NCBI GenBank assembly: GCA_013265495.1
Contig: MU061538.1
Span: forward strand, 2,375,339-2,439,338
Length of the DNA: 64,000 nucleotides
Reading direction: 5' to 3'
Source of the DNA: Vicugna vicugna
Taxonomy: Eukaryota
Made by a program: the position numbers and the translations under genes. The notes below the pieces were generated by a model. The model searched no databases. It was given only the letters and a program-made list of their open reading frames with translations, and was not told where the DNA came from. This document shows, piece after piece, positions 39,009 to 51,569 of this stretch; the first letter of the stretch is position 1, and each line of letters opens with the position of its first letter.

Positions 39009-40995
39009 CTGGAACACACACAGGATGCGGAGAGGGAGGACTGGACCCCAGCCTGGCTGCTCAGCCCCGGGGCCTCCGGTATCCAGTGTGGGGGAGAGGG
39101 TGGGCACCTGCCCCCACCCCCGCCCCGCCTGGTCCTGTCCTCCGAGCCGGCCTCCATCTGACCACCCCCAGGCTGCAGCCCCCTCCTCTGCGCCCAGAGA
39201 GTCTGCCGGGCCCACCAGCACCTCGACCCCCAGAGACTCCCACTTGGAGCCCTGGGTCCCAGAAGTCAGCGCCTGGCACACCGCTGAGATGGCTCCTTTA
39301 CAATCTGTAAGTCTAATCAGTGGTCGTTACTGTAGGGGGCAGGGAGGGAGGGAGGAGAGGACTGCAGGGGAGTGGATGAAACAGGAATAGAGAGAGTGAA
39401 GGAAGGAAGGGGGAGGGAGGGGGCTGGGTGCACACCTGGGCTCTCGGCCACTCTGCCGTTATTCGCAAGGAGGTCTGGAAACACTTTACTGAGCGCTGCA
39501 CGTCTGCACACACTGTGTCTCCCTACATGCCTCCCGGAGTAGAGCAACTACGACAATAAGTCGTAACAGGAGGAGGAAAGCCCACCGTCTTTGGCAGGAG
39601 CGGTGTGATCTGAAAGGGGGTGGAGGCTCCGAGGCGGCTCCGAGTGTAGGTGCCCCAGGAGCAGGTGCGAGATGGATGGTGTCCCATCAGGCAAAGGGCC
39701 TGAGACACACGCTGTGGGGGGTGACCCCAGAATCGGAGGACTCAGGAGAAGGGAGGGCCTGTGGGGAGCCGGACTGGGACCAGGCAGGATAAGCTGGGTG
39801 CATGGGGGATCCTGGAGGGCAGTGGGGGTCCGAGGGGCTCCTGGGGAGGGGGGCCTCCCAGGTGGGTGGGGCCTGCTTCCCACTGGGTGTCTAAGGGGCA
39901 CTCAGCAAACGCCGGGCACGTGGATGCGTCTGAGATGGGCCGAATGAAAACATCTAAACATTTTAAATTCTGATCGACATGATCCCAAATAAGAGAACAC
40001 AGAAATCTGGGGCCAGCGTGCCAGCTGCAGAACGGGGACCAATGGCAGCCGGTCTGCAAACGTTCTCCAAGTCACGTGGCTCAGTGCACTGAAAGCTGAA
40101 ATATCCGCATCTGAGCCTCTGTGTCCTGGTGACCCCAGTCACTGACCGAACCAGGGCCGAGTTTCTGTTCCTGCTCCATCAAAGCCGTTCTATGTGGGCC
40201 ATTCTGGGAATTTTCCTTTTGAAATTGTCTTGTGGGTCATATTTTGAATATGAACCTTCTACTTAATATTCACAGAATATTTTTGATAACTTTTTAAAAA
40301 TAAAATTGTATTCACATGCCCTGATCCCATATAGCCTTTGACTGCTTCGACGTGGAACCCACACCGAGGACGAGGATGGTGCTGACGGGAGGGCCAGGGC
40401 CCCTCCACCTTCCACCCAAGGGCAGGGCTCCCTGGAGGCACAGCCCCCGGGACCACCCGGCGGGGAGGTGCGCAGGCTGCCCGGGGCGCTTGCTCTGCAG
40501 GAGGCGCGTTCCCCGGGCTGTGTGCTTTCTCTAATTCCCAGGTGTGCAGCTCAACACTCCCTGCCCTCATCCCGCCAGAAGGGCCCACCCATGGCTGCAG
40601 CAGAGAGCAGGGCGCTGCGTCTGGCTGGCTAACTGTGCAGGTGGGATGCCCTGGAGCGGACCATGAGGAGCCGTGAGTGCCCCAGGCCGGGCCCCGAGCA
40701 CCCAGCGGACAAAGGAAAGGCCGACAGGACAGGACGGGCAAAGTTGTCTACCTCCGTCCTGGGGCTCAGACCCAGCAGTGGCCCTGAGTCCCCTCCGAAG
40801 TTATCAGAAGCATCACTCGTGTTTTTGAGCCCCGGTCAGGACAGCTGTCTCACGAGTGCCCTGTACGGCCCCTACTCCTAGTTTCAGTGCCGGCTTCACT
40901 TTGGGGACCTCAGAGATGGCTAGTGCACCCAGTGCCTGGCCACTGGGGACCGTCACCAGGGCAGCAGAGCAGAGCTGGGAACTAGCGGGACGCAC

Positions 40996-41103
40996 CTGGG
41001 ATGAGGACATGGTGATGTGGTAAAACTTCCCCTGACCGCCCTGCGGGATGGCTCGGACGAAGAAGAACTTCCGGCCGTCCTTGGAGAACACGGGCTCTTC
41101 GTT
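40996..41103 (-). CDS. DPP6: DPP6 coding exon (exon 13 equivalent), 108 nt, phase 0 to 0
   Basis: Acceptor ctttcgtccacag|AACGAA, donor TCCCAG|gtgcgt; encodes [36 protein letters not shown]. Confidence 0.97.
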
Positions 41104-44100
41104 CTGTGGACGAAAGCCAACGAGTGAGTCTATAAGATGCTTCATTCGGTTTTGAGGATGTCGGGCCGGGCTAAAACACATTCTGAGATACACTTTGTGT
41201 CATTTCCAGCGAGAGATGTGGCTGAGAGGGTGAACGCTGCATGGGGCCTTCCCTCTCCTTGGGAATCCCGAGTCAAACCCCAGTTTTCTACGAGAAAATG
41301 AGGAATTCAGAGGCAACAGTCTAAGCAGAGGCAGGCGGACAGGACAGGGCGGGGCAGGGCTCCCGCTTCACCGCGGCCGCTTGAATCCAGGGCCGTGTGT
41401 TCTCTCCCATAAAGAACAGAATGCCGGACACCCCCAAACCCGTCCTAAGAAAGAGTTTCATTCTTCCAGTCCTGTCTTTTGTTCTTCTACTTAATAAAAT
41501 CCACCTCACAGCCCACCGAGGAGACAAGAGGAAAGAAAAAAGCTCCAGCCGACAAGGGCGGGCCCCGCACGTTCTGAGACGTGGGTGGCAGCTCACTGCC
41601 CTCCTGGGGCCGCGCGGGGCTTACCGCGGGGTTACCACACGGGCACCCGAGGTGCAGGCGGGCTTGGATGTAAGGTCAGTTTCCCCGGGAAAGGACACCG
41701 GCACCCCCAGTCTTCCCTGGGGGAGAGAACTCCAGGCTGGGTTCACAGTCGGCCCCTGAGCGTGTTGCCGTCTCGCCCGGCCCCCAGAAGCTGAGAAGCC
41801 GCTGCTCGGCCCCCAGCCAGCCCCCTGCGGGCTGCCTGTCGCCTTGATGGACAAAAAAGGGATTTTGCTTCGGTGGCATCTCAGCCTCTCCGAAGCTTCA
41901 GCTTGAACGTTTCCATCCATGAACACCAGTTAGTTGGCTGAGATCTGCATTTTCTGACTCAAGGAGCTCCACGCGAACGCGGGTGGGAACAAATGGTAAA
42001 TAAACCCGGCGGCACAAGGAGAGCCCATCCCCCTGCAGGGGGTGAGTACACACAAACGCGCTATGCCCAGAGAAATAAACCAACATGCGACTAAAGTGAC
42101 ACCTAATCTTCATGAATGTTTGCAGGAAAATGGAACCTTTAACCTGCAAATATTTATCTCTCTATTTAGAGTTGGAAGCATGGTATTTAAAAACAGAGGA
42201 AATGGAAAAACCAGCAGTAAACCTGGCTTTTTAAATGGATTTTTATTTGCTAACCGCAGGATGGATACCACAGTATTGCCTCAGTTTTCTGGGGAAATGT
42301 TTGCGCTTTGGGCAGAGAAAAATACTCTGAATAAATGTAATGAATAATTAATTCTAGCCAGAAGCATTATCTTTACACCGAGAAGGCCTCAGGCATTGCA
42401 ATGCCGTCTTTACAGTGATCCTGGGAACAGCCCAAGGCAGGTGTGAGGGACCAGCCTTTGAACCTCTCTGAGATTTGGTTTTTCGTGCAGTCAGTGTATT
42501 TTTAGCAAAGAAGTGCAGTGACTTTTGACTAAGAAAGCTGGATTTTAATCCTGGTTCTGACTCTCCTGGATTTGAGGGGAAACATTTCTGATCTCCTGGG
42601 GACCGGGGCATTTATCACACGCGATGCCTGGCTTCCACCTCCATCAGAGCAGATCTGTGAAGAATGAGTCCGTTTTTATTGGTGAGAGTTTCTTCGTGAG
42701 CGATTGGTAGCCTTTCTGCCAATTCTTCCCACAGCTCAGGTACATTCATGTTGCCCAGTCTCCCTGCCTGAATTTCGAAATCACAAAAACAAAATTTTGG
42801 TCAAAGAAGGAGTGTCAGAAATTGACCTGAGGGATGACTCTTCAAACACGAAGGCAGGTCCTGGGTCCTGCCCCTCCTGGCCAAGGGCCCGCAGGGCTCC
42901 TTGCGGGTCTGCTCAGGACGACTTCGAAGCTCACATAGCAGTGATGGTGTGTGTGTATGGGGGGGAGCCTATTTCTCCGGAACGTTCCTAGAGGAGAGGG
43001 AACTTGGTGGGTCTTCACATGCAGGAACCCTCTTCACGTTGGCTCAAGGCGAATCTTTTGAGGGGATCCACGCTGAGGCCTCGGGAAAGATGGGGGTGGT
43101 GGAGGCTCAGACGACGGCCCCTGGATTGCCCTCGCCCACGCTGTTCCCCTGTCTACAAGTGGTCAGCAGACCCAAAGGTCTTTGCGGACTGGGTCTCCCT
43201 GAGGGTGGCAGAACTTTCCACACTCTAGGCTGCTGCTCCGACGACACTGCCCTGGGCGGCTGGCGTGAGCCTCCGTGACCCCTCGTTGGTGGACGAGCCT
43301 CATGAAGCTGTCAGCAGCTTCTCCGGAGCCAGGTAGCGAGTGGCCTTAAATAAATTCCCAACTCACTCTCCAGGACCTCATGGTGTCTTGGAGGAGGTGG
43401 AAACAATACCAATTATTACTGAAAAATAGGGCCCACAGATCCCTTTATGAAAAGCCTCTTCAAAAGAATGTCATGAGGAACTGTTTGAAATTGGATTTCC
43501 TACTGCCCACGGCCCCTGCAGGGACAGGCAGAGACGAGCTGAGTGGTGCGCAGAGGGGTGGACTCCGTGCGGCTCTGGCTGGGGCCACACCTGCCTGGCG
43601 GGGGGCATCGCTGGCCGGACCAGGGCAGGGAAAGCACCGCCCTCGAGGACACGGCTCCTCTTCCAGATGTCACATCTGGGACTTGAGGCAGCGTGAAAAG
43701 TCTGTCAGCGGCTGTTGTGAAAACGTCAGCTGTTGCCTAGTGAGCGCTTTAAAGGTTACATTTTCAAAGTGTAAGAATTATACTTTTACTTTATGCTACT
43801 TTTTAGTGCTGACTTGATTTTGCTTGGAAAGATCTGGCTTCCCAAATGCAGGCTGTCCACCCTGCACCCGGCCGGGCTTCTCACGTGGGCGACGTGCCCG
43901 TGGCGGTGTCCTGCGGCCGGTCTGCGGAGCTGGTGAGGAGTGACCCAAGGTCACCCACGGATGAACACACGCCGTCCACACTCGGGAGCCCTGTTCAGCC
44001 TTGAAGCTGCTGACAAGCTGTGACGTGTGCTCAGCGGAGGCGGTGGGTTCGTGTTTGGGAAATCCACCGGCACGGCGCCTGGAACGATCCACCGTGTCAG

Positions 44101-45366
44101 CTGAACAGATGCCTCTGGAGAAAATGGCTGTTTTTTCTGATTCTTTCGTTTCAGTCTCTCCGGCGTTCTGTCTGGTGATGAGAGGAAGGTCACGACGTTC
44201 CTTCTGCAGCTGTGTTCCCATCCCGGGCCTGGGTGACACGAACTCCTCAGCGTGACTCAGGCACAGGCCCCGCTTGGTGCTTCCAGATGCCAGGCACCCT
44301 CTCACTCCTGCTGTTTCTTAGCATGGGCTTGGCACCCACGCTTGGACGAGGGAAGACACGTGGCCCCAGGCGGCCGTCCCTCCCCATCTCAGGCCGGCGC
44401 AGCGCAGGGAAAGGTGTATTTGGAAGCAGTAGGTCCGTTCACGAGGCCGCCGCCCCGACACAGCCGACGAGGCTGCGCTAGCTGCTCGTTCCACGGAGAG
44501 CTGAAGCGCACACAGCTGCTGGAATGTTCCCAGGAGGCCACTGCCAACGGCTGCATTGCCCAGCCTTAGCTCGGCCATTCGTGGAATCTATCCTGTCGAT
44601 AAAGGAGACGCCTGCACCCTCCCCAGCGTTGTTCTGAGACTCAGATCCGATCAGGGTTTTCCCACAGGACTTGCAGACAATCTGCATCCCATTAGGTGGG
44701 ATGCAAAGGAAGTGAGCTTCCAAAAGTTTCCACCTGTGCTTTCTGCCCTCAGGGTGTGCAGTGAGAAAAACAGACTGACGGCAGAAATACCAGTGCTGAG
44801 GGTCTTATTTCTGGTGGATGGGTAATTTTTTTGCTGGAGGCCTGTGCCCGTCTCCTCCATCCTCCAGTTTCTGAAGCCTGTTTGGCGTGCATCTCTTGTC
44901 CGAGTTGGGGGTGGGAAGGCTCTGAAGTCAGGTCCCTGGAAGACTCAAGCTGAGCCACAGCAGAGTCCATCTCCAAGGAGACAACCATGAAACCACGCTG
45001 AGAAAAGCAGGAACGTCTGCCACTTCATCCTTTTCTTTTACCAAAGTAGGTTAAATCCAGGCAACTTCTTTGGACTCACCCTTTCAATTCGCCAAAAGGA
45101 TCTCGCCGACCTGAGCGCTGAGATCTCAAAAAACATCGCATGTTCCCAAGAGCAGGGATTTTCAAGCCCCACTTGGCAGAGGCCAGGCTCCTCCAAGGGC
45201 CACGAGGTGTGGGTGAGGTGGGGCTGAGTGGCCACGCCACCTGTCACAGCCACGCCTGGTGTGCATCTACTTGGGGGTGCCTGTCGCATGGGGCATGTTG
45301 TGAACACCAGGAGGCCTGGTGGCTGGTGCAGGCGGAGAATGTGGGAGTTGCGCAGAGAACAGTTAC

Positions 45367-45405
45367 CTGTCGGTGGAGCCAGGCCTCGCTTTCATCCTCG
45401 TGTTT
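45367..45405 (-). CDS. DPP6: DPP6 coding exon (exon 12 equivalent), 39 nt, phase 0 to 0
   Basis: Branch-point-like ctctaac and pyrimidine tract tcttctttcatttcag|AAACAC; donor CGACAG|gtaact; encodes KHEDESEAWLHRQ. Confidence 0.96.
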
Positions 45406-45484
45406 CTGAAATGAAAGAAGAGCGTTAGAGAAAGGATTTTCCCCCCGTATTGTGTCTGTGACGAGCAGCGGGGAAGATCTGATT

Positions 45485-46228
45485 CCCTGCATGGCAGCTG
45501 CGCCGGCACAGACGTGCCCGGCCGCTCGAGGAGGGGCCAACCTGCTCGGAGCTGAACCCACGTGTCCCCAGACTAGAAAAATGTGACTCTCCCGGCAATG
45601 AGGACGAGCCTACGGTGGGTGAGAACCCTCTGGAAGGTGGTGTCCTTCAGCCATTAGATGGTCACCGATGACCAGGCCCTTGCCCATTTAAAGGCAAACC
45701 TCAGGTGCTGCATTGTTCTAGGGAATCCTGTGTGTGTGTGTGTGTGTGTGTGTGAAATTCTAGTTCACAGCTCTGGTGGACCAGTAATCCTGGTGGACCA
45801 AGACGTTAAAAGGACTTAAAACGTGTGTGAAAAGTAAACCTCAGGGAAGTGTGGGATCCTGCACGGCGGCTGAGCCAGCACAGACGTGCCCGGCCGCTCG
45901 GGGAGGGGCTGACCTGCTCAGAGCTGAACCCACGTGTCCCCAAACTAGAAAAACGTGACTCTCCCGGCAATGACGACGAGCCCACGGTGGGTGAGAACCC
46001 TCTGGAAGGTGGTGTCCTTCAGCCATTAGATGGTCACCGATGACCAGGCCCTTGCCCATTTAAAGGCAAACCTCAGGTGCTGCATTGTTCTAGGGAATCC
46101 TGTGTGTGTGTGTGTGTGTGTGTGTGAAATTCTAGTTCACAGCTCTGGTGGACCAGTAATCCTGGTGGACCAAGACGTTAAAAGGACTTAAAACGTGTGT
46201 GAAAAGTAAACCTCAGGGAAGTGTGGGA
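45485..46228. repeat. Tandem duplication, 2 x 372 bp, each copy containing (TG)13
   Basis: gcacagacgtgcccggccgctcg at 45506 and 45878; cctcagggaagtgtggga ends at 45856 and 46228. Confidence 0.97.
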
Positions 46229-47338
46229 AGACGCACAGTGAAGACCAAACCAGACCACGCAGAGCACCTACTTGGCCACACGATGTCCCCCCGTGGCACC
46301 GTGGCCACGCTTGTGGCGCGGGTCTGTTCTCTTCTCCACGGACTACGGGCAGGACGGCTGTCACTGCTCACGCTCACAAGACCAGTGCACAGATGCGAGG
46401 AGACGTGGGTCCCGAGCAACCCCGGCTGCCTGGCTGAGCGCCCACCCCCTCCTTCCCTCCCCTCAAGCAAGCCCGGCAGAATAGCCTGGAACCTGCTCTC
46501 AGCTGTACAGGAAGGTGAAGTACCTCCCTGGCTTGCGTGAGGACACGGGCCGCGGTGACAGCGCGCTGGCCTCGACTCACCTCTCCCAGCCACAGCATGG
46601 CTGCTTTGTAAGCCTTTTTCCTACTCCAGTGGGAAACTAAAAACTTGGGGACAGAATAGGGCTTCAGAAAGACCAGCCTGACTTTTTCCACTGATCTGAG
46701 TTGATATTTCTTTACCCAACACGAGGGGACCTGCCCTTGGGGCTCGGGGTGTGGAGGACGCAGCCCCCGACCGAGGGGCAGCCCGCCGCGGGGCCGAGGC
46801 TGCGGCGGGTCACTCCCTTGCTTCTCAGGGTCGCCAGGCCTCTCTTCAGCTTCTCATTCTCCCTTCTCGCCCTTTCCGTCACGTCCTCTGACTGCCCCAT
46901 AAGTCAGCCCGCAGCCCTGGGGACGTGCCGGCCGCACCGGTGCCTGTCAGACACGGTGTCAACCGCCCTGGCAGAGCCGCTGGAACGGGCAGGCCAGGCT
47001 GCAGCGCCGGGTCCGGGGCCTCAGGCCAGTCCCTTCCCCTCTCCAAGTGTCAGCTAGAAAGTGAGGAGAGGCTCCTGTGTGACACAGCAGCGGGCAGGCG
47101 AGGAGAAACGGGAGTGACACACCTGTGAACAGGGGTGGGGGGGCAAGTGCAGGAGCCCTGAGTCTGCGGCAGTTTCCAACTCACCCACAAGGTGGCACCA
47201 AAACAGAGACCTGGTGGCAGGCTGGGCCTGGACCAGCCTGGAGGGGAGTGTGTGTGAGCATGAGTGTGTGTATGTGCGTGTGTGCAGCTCAGAGACGACC
47301 TTGGTGCCTGCGGATGCTCCTGCCACCCCTCCCCGTAC

Positions 47339-47462
47339 CTTGGTGCAGACGCCCGTGGTGGCGTCGCAGAGGGTGAGGATGGATACGTTCTGCGCCCGGC
47401 TCAGCCAGTTCACGGCGACCTTGGTGCTGGTGGCCCACTTCACCATGGTGATGTAGTACTCC
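47339..47462 (-). CDS. DPP6: DPP6 coding exon (human exon 11 equivalent), 124 nt, phase 2 to 0
   Basis: Acceptor gtgctttcag|GGAGTAC, donor ACCAAG|gtacgg; encodes (R)[41 protein letters not shown]. Confidence 0.97.
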
Positions 47463-49665
47463 CTGAAAGCACGAAACCCACAGTGAGCGGGGACGCGGGA
47501 CCCACGGGGACCAGGAGAGCCCAGCCCAGCCCAGGACACCGGGGCCAACGCTGGCGCCTGGCGGGGGTGTCCTGAAACGGGGTTCTCAGGAAAGTGTGCT
47601 GGGGGTGAAGTCCACGAGCAGCCCGGCCATAGCCTGTGGGCAGGTGTGCCTGGCCAGCACCTGGCCTGTGCTCAGATGAGCTGGCGAGGGGGCGGCTCTC
47701 TTGGAGCTGCCCCTGGAGCTGTGGGCAGGTGCGCCCGGCCAGCACCCAGCCATCCCGCCTGCCCCCGCGTGGTGCCCTCGGCTTTTGTCCATCATGTTGG
47801 GCCACACTGGCTGCTGACATGGCTCTCACGCCACAGTCCAGGCAGACGCACAACCCCACGTTACTGGAAACAGCGAGGAGGTCTCACGCAGAGCCAGAGC
47901 CAGGACGGGCTTGGATGAAGGGCGCGCAGAGCGGGTTAGACTCTGTGACCACCCCCACCCCGCCCTGGGCCAAGCTGAGGAAGCCCCTGTGCTCCTTCTC
48001 GTTTCTGTCAAGTCAAGAACTCAGGGACGATCTCGAGCAAGTGAGGAAGCCTGGTTCATGGCTCTGGGCGTCCGGTGGACTTGGTCTGGCAGCCTGGATG
48101 TCACACACCTGCTGTTACCCAAACCTGAAAATCCAGTGTTCTGCGCCACCCTATACGCAGCCGCGGGAGCACTGGGGCTTCTGGTAACTAATTCAACCAC
48201 CCAGAGCCCTCCAAAAATGGGATTTTTAGGGGGAAAAAAGTACATTTAAGAGGAAGAACGAAATGCCAAGAAAATAACTGCGCAAAAATTGCACCCTCAG
48301 GGGACTCCCAAGGCCGTTCCAGAGGCCCGGGGATGCGGCCCCGCCCGCCCGCTGTCTGTGATGAGATCCAGCCTTCAGAGCGGTGACCTCGGGGCCTGAC
48401 AAGAGCCCCTGCCGCCGCTGGGCAGCCCCGCAGGCTGGAAGGAGACCCGGGACACGGAGTAACCACCGTCAGCCAAGAGGCCTAAGTGACAAGGCGCTCT
48501 GAACCCCACTAACCAGGAGAGGAAATCAGTGTCCCCCACTTCTCAAACCTACTTGCTACTCAAAGTTCTTGTTAATTTCACTGACGTCAAGGGCACGCGG
48601 TACACACGGCGGGAAGGCCTCTGACCCCGGCCATCAGCTCCGCGTGGCGGGGACAGCAGCCCTGGAGCCCGGTGTCACGGCCTCCGCGAACTCACTGAGG
48701 ACACGGGTGGCGGGTCCTGGGCACGATCCATCTTTACTGCTTCTCAGCCTTCTCGGTTTCTGAGATTCTCTGAAACGCGGCTGTTTCTGTTCACACCGTC
48801 TGCTCCGCAGGCGCACAGGCCCCAGGGCGCTGGGCTGGCGTGTTTCCAGCCCGTTTTCCACCTCAGCCTCTTGTGGAGGCAGCTCTGAGGGGTGGCTTTA
48901 AGCGGCTTCTCTGTGGCTCCCGCCTTGCCGCCGTTTCCCCGCCTGGCGGCGTGGAGCCACGCTGACAACCACGGGTGTGACCAGCCGCCTGAGGTTTGCA
49001 GTCATGAGACACATACGTAGCTTTGCTTCTTAAAAATAACTCGGGTCTGGGCCCAGCCCCTGCTGCACACGTAACACTTCTTATCTGCCATTATGCCATG
49101 AGTTGTGTCTGGTCCCTGATGGACGGACATTGAAGGGTCTGGGGGATGGACCTGAGCTTCTCCCGTTTTGGACGGGGGCCTGTTGGAGGCAGACGTCCCT
49201 GTCCAGGGGTGTGAGAGGTCACAGCGACACGTTGCATTTAACATATTTCCACCTGGGAGGACGTGAAACCGAGGAGGGCAGAGCCAGACCTCCTGGGACG
49301 AGTGTCCTCTCCTCGGCCCCCGCGCTGCCCGGGGGGCCTGTCTCCGTTCGCTGGAAACACTCCTTCGTTCTCTGCCTCCTGGTTTTCATGGTGCTCTTTT
49401 GCACAATCTTCACTTGGGCCAAATATGAAGGAAAAGTTACCCTGACCTTGTTAAGGCGACTTTGTTCAGCGCCGTTGGGACTGCTGCTGGGGGCGCGAGC
49501 AGCGGGGGTTCACAGCGGCAGGGAGACGACACAGGAAAACGGGCGCTACCGCCGCGGAGCGGGGCGGGGTCTGGGCGGAGCATCACCGCGAGGGAGCGCG
49601 AGGGAGGCGGGGTTCTGGTTAACCTGACCGAACGCGGTTCTTGCTGCAGGCGGCCGGGTGGCCGG

Positions 49666-49675
49666 NNNNNNNNNN
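49666..49675. other. Assembly gap (10 N)
   Basis: Ten n characters in the sequence. Confidence 1.
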
Positions 49676-50705
49676 GGGGCGACCGGCGAGTTTACCGCTC
49701 GCGTCGGAGTCGTCGGCAGGAGGCACGGAGGCGCCGGGCAAGCCGGGGCCGGGACTGCAGGGTTTGCTGCCTTGGAGGAGGGAGGCCACGTGTCCAGGCA
49801 GAGCGGGTGCTACAGTCTCTCTTTTATTTTAACTTTCCAAATTTGTGATGTGAGACATGTTTTACAAAAGGAAAGAAACAATCATACTGCAAATTAGGAC
49901 GGTGAAGGGTGGGCCCACCTGGCCTAGTCCCCAGGGACCCGGCCTGGGCTTGGCACGTCACCTGCGGGAGGGGCAGGGCACAGATCCGGCCGGGGCTGGG
50001 GGAGCTTTGGTCCTGCAGCTAATTTATCTAGAACCTGCACCCTCAGTTCCTTCATCTGTTTTTTTTTTTTCCAAAAAAATCTGGCGGCGCCTTTAGAGAT
50101 TTTATGGTGATGAAATATAACAAGAAGTATTTTTTAAAGCCTTTGAAACAATCAAAATCATTAAGGACTCTGTAAAGATACTGTAATAACCTCTCAGAGG
50201 TAAGTGTGCCTCCTCACCTCGGGCAGTGGCACCCGCCGTCCCACCGTGTCCCTGTGCCACAAGGCTCGGGGACCTTTCACCTGAGTCACTCTCAGAACGT
50301 CACAGTCACCCAGGTCTCACCATCCGGAGAGTAACATCTCGTTTCGAATCAATGTTTCCTATTCCACGACTTGCATCAGTGTCTAGACTTGGTTCTAAAT
50401 TAGTTTTGCTTATTTTAAAAAATCAGGTCAGCTCGCAGGGAGGAAGGGTTCCCGCCAGGCAGCTGACCTTGAAGGCGCACCAGCAGCAGACCGGTGAGGC
50501 CACCTCCCCAAGGAGGTGACGCTTTGGGCAGAATGGCGTCCTTTGTGCCAGGTTTTGTAGTCAGACCCCACGTTACTGGAAAGGAAAATAAAACGTGTAC
50601 CCACGTAGCGACGCTGGCCCTAAGCAGAAAGCCTTGCCGAGAACGCGAACCGTTCCTCCGACACCTGCGAGGTTGCCCGCTTTTCTTACTTCATGGCTGT
50701 TAGAC

Positions 50706-50790
50706 CAGTGGTTCAACGCGGGACAGTGGCGTAGACTCTGGTTGTCAGCCCGGCATCAAGGGCCCGGCCAGGCCTGTGTCCAGCTGCTGC
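50706..50790 (+). mobile_element. MER20-like hAT fragment
   Basis: cagtggttcaacgcggg...tggttgtca...ggcatc...ggccagg. Confidence 0.45.
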
Positions 50791-51305
50791 TGACCATTTG
50801 GGGGGGTCTGTTTGGCTGTCCCACAGGACACAAACACGTGGACGTGAGTGTGGACTCCAGGAGAACGTGGAGGTCCAGCACACGGCCAGGCTGCTCAGCA
50901 GACTGGAGGCAGCCTTTCCCTTAACGTCTCTGTGCCCACGTGCCTACAAATACACACACGAGGGGAAGAGTCACCGTCTCACTAAAAAAGGACGTTGAGT
51001 CTCTGGCTGTCACACGGATGGAGGCGGGAGAAATTCAGCTGCCTGAGTCTACGTCACCGTGTGAACCAGCCAGCGGGGAGCACAAGGAGGCGACTTCCTT
51101 CCCGCTTTGTCTTATCCTCAGGCACTGGGCCCACAGGGCCGAGATCTGGGGACCCAAACCTCTACCACCTCGGTGATCACAATTTTTCATGGACACCCAA
51201 GGACTTAGAATGTCAAAAAACATTCTAAAGAAGGTGGAGGAAAAGCTCAACTCAGCCCAGCAGAGCCACCCAGATGGATTCGGGTTAGAGCACACTTCCC
51301 CGAAT

Positions 51306-51418
51306 TCACCCGAGCAGGCGTCCCCATCACCCGAGCAGGGTTCCCCCATCACCCGAGAGGGGTCACCCATCACTCGAGCAGGGGTCCCCATCACCCGAGC
51401 AGGGGCCCCCCATCACCC
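51306..51418. repeat. Minisatellite, about 5.3 copies of a 21-22 bp unit (tcacccgagcaggggtcccca)
   Basis: Units start at 51306, 51327, 51349, 51370, 51391 and 51413. Confidence 0.93.
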
Positions 51419-51569
51419 AAAAGCCCAGGGAGAGGCATCCAACGTGACCCTCGCATCCTGTCCGCTGCCAGGTATCCAGTGTTGGGGGAGCCCTCCTTCC
51501 TGGGGTAGAGAATTAGGAAGGTCAGGAGAACCACACATACTGAAAACACAGAAGGAGGATGTTAACTAT

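Larger units (their letters stand above)
11484..47462 (-). other. DPP6: DPP6 gene, internal segment (exons equivalent to human 11-17); the gene extends beyond both window edges
   Basis: Seven minus-strand exons splice in frame into [192 protein letters not shown]. This matches the beta-propeller region of DPP6 as recalled, and exon lengths match the recalled human structure. Confidence 0.97.

Noticed and set aside
48578-48590. 13-mer tcactgacgtcaa shared with 61404-61416
   Set aside because: Tens of shared 13-mers are expected by chance among all position pairs in 64 kb.
5848-51418. CRISPR-like arrays among the tandem repeats
   Set aside because: All arrays are head-to-tail with no unique spacers, no cas genes are present, and the DNA is mammalian.
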